The notes beneath the pieces were generated by a model. The model was not told the DNA's origin and ran no database searches. It saw nothing but the letters and a program-made list of their open reading frames with translations. Positions 59,701 to 64,000 of a stretch of 64,000 nt of DNA are shown one piece after another. Positions within the stretch are counted from its first letter, which is position 1. Each line of letters starts with the position of its first letter. The DNA comes from Takakia lepidozioides (lineage: Eukaryota; Plantae; Bryophyta): NCBI GenBank assembly GCA_030704615.1, contig CM060732.1, positions 17,360,001-17,424,000 on the forward strand. Reading direction: 5' to 3'. Both the position numbers and the translations under genes were made by a program.

Positions 59701-62700
59701 GCGTGTGAATTGTTTGTCGTCTAGGTAGCTTGTGATTGCTCCTGGACGGCCAACCGTTCTGCAAAGGGGGGACAGTTACCCCATGTGTAGATTTTGCTCG
59801 TCTTGTGTAAACTTTGAGAATTGGGAAACCATTCAGGGTACCAAATCTTTCAGTTACACGACGCACAGGCTCCGCACACATAGGGGCAGATTGTCCGTCA
59901 GACTGCTGGGGGACAATTACCCCGTGTATAGATTTTGCTCGTCTTGTGTAGACTTTGAGGATTGGTAAACCATTTAGAGTACCAAATCCTTCAGTTACAC
60001 GACGTTCAGGCTCTGCACACTTAGGGACAGATTGTCCATCTGACGGCTTGGGGACAATTACCCCGTGTATAGAATTTGTTCGTCTTGTGTAAACCTTGAG
60101 GATTGGTAAACCATTCAGAGTACCAAATCCTTCAGATTCAGGACGTTCAGGTTCCGTATACTTAGGGGCATCTTGTCCTTCTGGCTGTTTGGATTCAACC
60201 TCATCCAGAGCATCAAACCGATTAGAAACTCTCAAGTTGAAGTTGTTGCCCTTGGTTGTCTTCCTAGAGCGCCCCATTGAATCACCAATGTCTAAGACCG
60301 CTCTCCAGCCAGTCAAGGGACAAACTTCTTTGAGATTGAATTGATGCGGGACTCTATTAGAAGCACTTTTGGTCATTGCAACCTTCAACGTACCCCTGTT
60401 ATCAAGTCTCGAGATGGTACCATTAGCCATGAAATCCAAGCCTAAGCTAGAGCATGTAGTTTTAAAGGACACATCGTCCATCCTGGGATTCACCCCAAAA
60501 ACTACACATGAAGCCCTAGATTTGGCATAAGTAACCAATTCCCAGGGATCACCCTGAGGAGTGTTGATGTTGATAGGAGCTAAATTTTTGATTGTTTTCG
60601 CAGGCCATAAGTTTAAGCACAGGAACCAACCCGAGCCCAAGTGCGGAGTATGCTAGACAGAGCATACGACTGCCCAATTTGGGCGGAGGGGCAGCCCCCA
60701 AGCGGTAGGAGTCCGCTTGTTACCATTCAGAGATCACACTCCAGGGAGTTGCAGGGAATGGCCCGTGTAGGCATATTCTAAAGAGGGAAAGGCCGCAAGC
60801 TTTCCAACTAAATCCAATGCACTACCTTACCTGAAGCAAAGCGCTTCAGGTCGAAACAAACAAGGACACGAGGTCACAAGGCTGGCATTTAGTCACACAG
60901 ACATTAATGTACTCCCGTTTCAAGTCCACCCAATGTCAATAGGCTTCCTAGAGGACAGGGAGAAAAAACCAATGATGAATAATCATCACTTGGGAATTCA
61001 CAACCCTGTCCAATTCTTCCCAAATCTGCCTCATGGTTTGACTGACATTTTCAGAGGTTAAGCTACTCTGCATTGCTGTTCTTCTCCTTGTGCAGTCAAT
61101 CTTTAATTATGGGTTGTGTCTGAATGACATCAGGTGGAAGATTTGCAGTGGGAGCTGTGTCGCCGGTTGCTTCACTTTGTTCCACCGTCCATTGGGTCAC
61201 AACAGCAGGTGCCTGGTGTGGTCTTCCAAAGGTTTCTGCGGAATCTGGTGTGCAAGAACCGTGGGGCCAATAGGAGCATGGCACCACCAGGCCTTTCAGA
61301 CAACTCTGTGTTGGTTTCCACTTACGGTGTGCTTCTGCGGTTTCTGTCAGAGGGTCTTGGGGGCTGCAAGGTGGGAGGAGAGTCTGTGGAAGGGAGCAAG
61401 GAGCTCCCAGAGAGTGGTGTGGGATTTCTTCACAGGTACTTGTACTTCCTCGGCATCATCATATGTGCTTTAGACCAAGCATCACAAGTATCATAGGGTT
61501 GTTTTTGCGCTTAGGAGGTTGGGGAGAATTATTCAGAGCTTTAAACAATCTCCCTATAGTGTCGTTTCAACCAGGTGCCTGCTCTGTTCAAAAGTAAGCA
61601 AGAAGGTCAATGGATAAACGTTTTGATCATCTGGATAGGCCTTTACGCATTTGCCAGAGATTTTGACCGTTGCACTGAATGATTAATTTACAGGGAAGGC
61701 AAGCGAAGTTTCCCCCTCGGCATTTTGTTGAAGGATGCTAGCTCCAACGATTTTGCGCGGTTAGGAGGAACCTTCAGCCATCTGTCAAAAACCCATCCAG
61801 TTGGGGTGGATGTCACAGATGTTGAGTGGGAGGAGAGTAGCATGGAGGAGGGAGACAATGTTGTCAAGCACGGGGGGAAGCTCAAGCCTGCCTGTTGCTC
61901 AGAACTCACCATGGGTGGAATGGGCAGTGACAGCAAAAGTCCTGTTCGAGCTCCTGTCAAGATTGTGACAGCTGGAACGGCAACAGGTGTCACGGAGAGG
62001 GCCACTAGTCCCATAAGCAGTGATTTCAACAGCCGGACTTGCAATGGGTGTGTGGAAGACAAGCCTAGCTCCAGTGGAAGGGTAGATAGCAACTTGGAGA
62101 GTGGCCTGGTGTTCCGGAGCTACAAGAGGGCAGGATTCAAGTCAATCAAGGAGCTCTCTGAGGCCATTCGCGAAGAGGAGTTGCTAGACATCATGGTGTT
62201 GCTGTATCATCTGGGACCTGCTCAAAATTTCAAGCAGGTATTGCATGTGCAGAAAAGCACGTCTGATCTGCTGGATGTGAGGATAGGGGACATTTTTATG
62301 TATTGTTGCGGGAGACCCTCTTTGAAAGAAGAGACCTCCTTTGAAAACATCAGATAGACTGTCATAGGCACCTCTTTTAACTCAGTTGGGAAGGCTTTAG
62401 ACAATATCGGAAAGCCTTCTTGGATTGAATTCTGGGGTGAGTATGCACATCAAAGTGATGTGACGGTGTTGTTCTACAAGGACCTGTGAAAGATCAGAAT
62501 CAAGCTTGTTGTCACTGTTTTTTCAAGCCAGTAGACGCTCATGTTTCAGGCCATTGTCAGCATTTTTTAACTTCATAGTCAATTCTTTCGCTTCATGCCT
62601 GTGCAGTTGATTTAGTAACATTGCTTGTGGTTGAATAATAATCTAGTTCTTGAGGCCTGTTTGTTATGATAGAGAACTTAATTTGTCCTTAGATGTACTC

Positions 62701-64000
62701 ATTTCCTTCACCCTTTTCCCTTCGTGCTACCCCAAGGGGCTTGAGGGTGGAGGAAGCAACATGCTGGGTCTTGGGTCTAGGAAGTTGCAACCACCTTTCA
62801 TATTTTGTTGTTGGGTGGTCATTAGGCATCCGAGCAGTTCTTCCAGAATCAGGGTGTTAAGTTTAGTTTCCCATATGCCAGCGACAGGGCCGCACAGGAA
62901 AGAAAATGGGCATATTCTTATGAAGTCTCTTTCATGGCAGATTGGGTGTGCTGTTAAAGTCGACTTTTTGTTAATATGTTTTCTGGCTCTGTACACTTGT
63001 TGTGCAGGCTTCGTTTTTTATGCAGCATCAGATGCAATCTGTTGCACAGCTGGATGATACTGACCGTCAGATTCGTGGGGAGAGGATCTCAAGTGATTAT
63101 TTGAAGCGGCTGAAGGAAGCCCGAACATTGTACAGGGAGGATTTGATTGATTGTGTGCGGCAGTGTATGTGGTATGTAATTACCAAGTCCGACCTCTTTT
63201 AGTGAACTTAATAACCACTCTTCCACTCAAACAAATTACAGATGCTCGTGGAAGCTTCTTGGGAGACTCATCCGACAATGCACAGTTCTAATTTTATCTG
63301 CTGTGTGTAGGTACCGAGTCACTATGTTTGCAAGGTGGAAGCTGAGGGGGATGTATGCGACGTGTATGTGGCTTGTTCAACTTTTGTTGGTATTGAGCAA
63401 AAGGGACCACCTCTTCAGCTATGTTCCGGAGTTCTATGTTGAAACATTGGTATGTTCTTGTTTGCAGAACCCCCTGTTTTGGTGCAGGACAGGTTGATTA
63501 GGCAGTATGCTCATGCAGTACTAATGTGTCTTTGGGCCTGTTTTGTTCCCTTCTAAAGTGATCTGACATTTGCACTAAGCCTACGTTGGATGTGCATGCA
63601 GGTTGACTCTTTCCATGCCCTGCGGAGAAGTGATCCTCCCTTCGTTTCGCCATCCTCACTTCTGCAGCAAGGGCTCTCTCCTTTTGTATGTGCACTGTGT
63701 GTGTGTTGGTGGTGGTGGTGGAGGCAGGGGGGGTTTGTGTGGGTTGGGTTATGGAGGGTCTGGAAAGTTGCATTGTGTTGATGATTATTTGTATAAGAGA
63801 AGAATTCCAATGACTTTGCAACTATAACCCTCCTTTCCATTATTTTTCATTTCTCCTCAGGCATCCCTCTCCATGTCCAGTTTACATCTTTCTGTTAGGA
63901 CTGACTCTCCTTACTGAATCTGCTGCAGGTGACATTCCTGGTAACACATTTCAGTGATGCCAGGATAGCAAACTCAGATGTTCGAGACATCCTGTTGCAG
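53732..64000 (+). CDS. RKP: E3 ubiquitin-protein ligase RKP (KPC1/RNF123-like; SPRY domain; RING expected beyond the window)
   Basis: SPRY motifs FSSARANTCVWEGRWMFEATLGTAGIQQLGWAT...GVGDAADSYAYDG...GYFPAISLS...LNFG. In-phase exons 53732-55339, 61134-61435, 61694-62237, 63008-63171, 63311-63449, 63602-63685 and 63929->64000. Confidence 0.93.
56166..60965 (-). mobile_element. LINE retrotransposon (APE endonuclease + RT + C-terminal CCHC; single-ORF, RTE-like organisation) in an RKP intron
   Basis: 15-bp TSD AAACCAATGATGAAT at 56151-56165 and 60966-60980. Motifs QETW, LLGDFNA, SDH, NYRGITL, QAGFR, QGCTLSP, FADD, YLG. Four frameshifts. Confidence 0.95.
59770..60185 (-). repeat. Three in-frame 141-bp (47-aa) tandem repeats in the LINE ORF upstream of the endonuclease
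   Basis: FGTLNG(L/F)PILKVYTRR..S.HGV.VP occurs three times; period 59779/59920/60061. Confidence 0.9.

Overview
Plant nuclear DNA, probably from a non-seed land plant (inferred from GT-AG introns, PLS-type PPR fragments and an RKP-like gene). Positions 1-51.3 kb are a deep nest of transposons that can be reconstructed from TSDs and TIRs. An old Ty3/Gypsy element (B, ~4.8-49.9 kb) is split by a TA-flanked MITE. The MITE holds a minus-strand Gypsy (A family, TSD ATTGG), which holds CACTA parts, which are hit by another Gypsy A and a 2.3 kb inversion. A full-length 16.1 kb Gypsy A (TSD CATGG) with extra 5' and 3' ORFs lies further right. From 53.7 kb is a host RKP/KPC1-like SPRY E3 ligase gene with a TSD-flanked LINE in its first coding intron. 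The most notable signal is two diverged, intron-containing paralogs (54-4585 +, ~10.2-12.3 kb -). Once spliced, each encodes a bacterial-type beta-class amino (N4C/N6A) DNA-methyltransferase-like domain with a non-canonical DIPDG in place of DPPY/SPPY. The second copy lies between a CACTA terminus and a Tnp2 transposase, which suggests a DNA transposon carrying an MTase-like gene. The first copy has a 95-bp double-hairpin satellite in an intron. All family assignments are by eye from motifs; no database searches were run.
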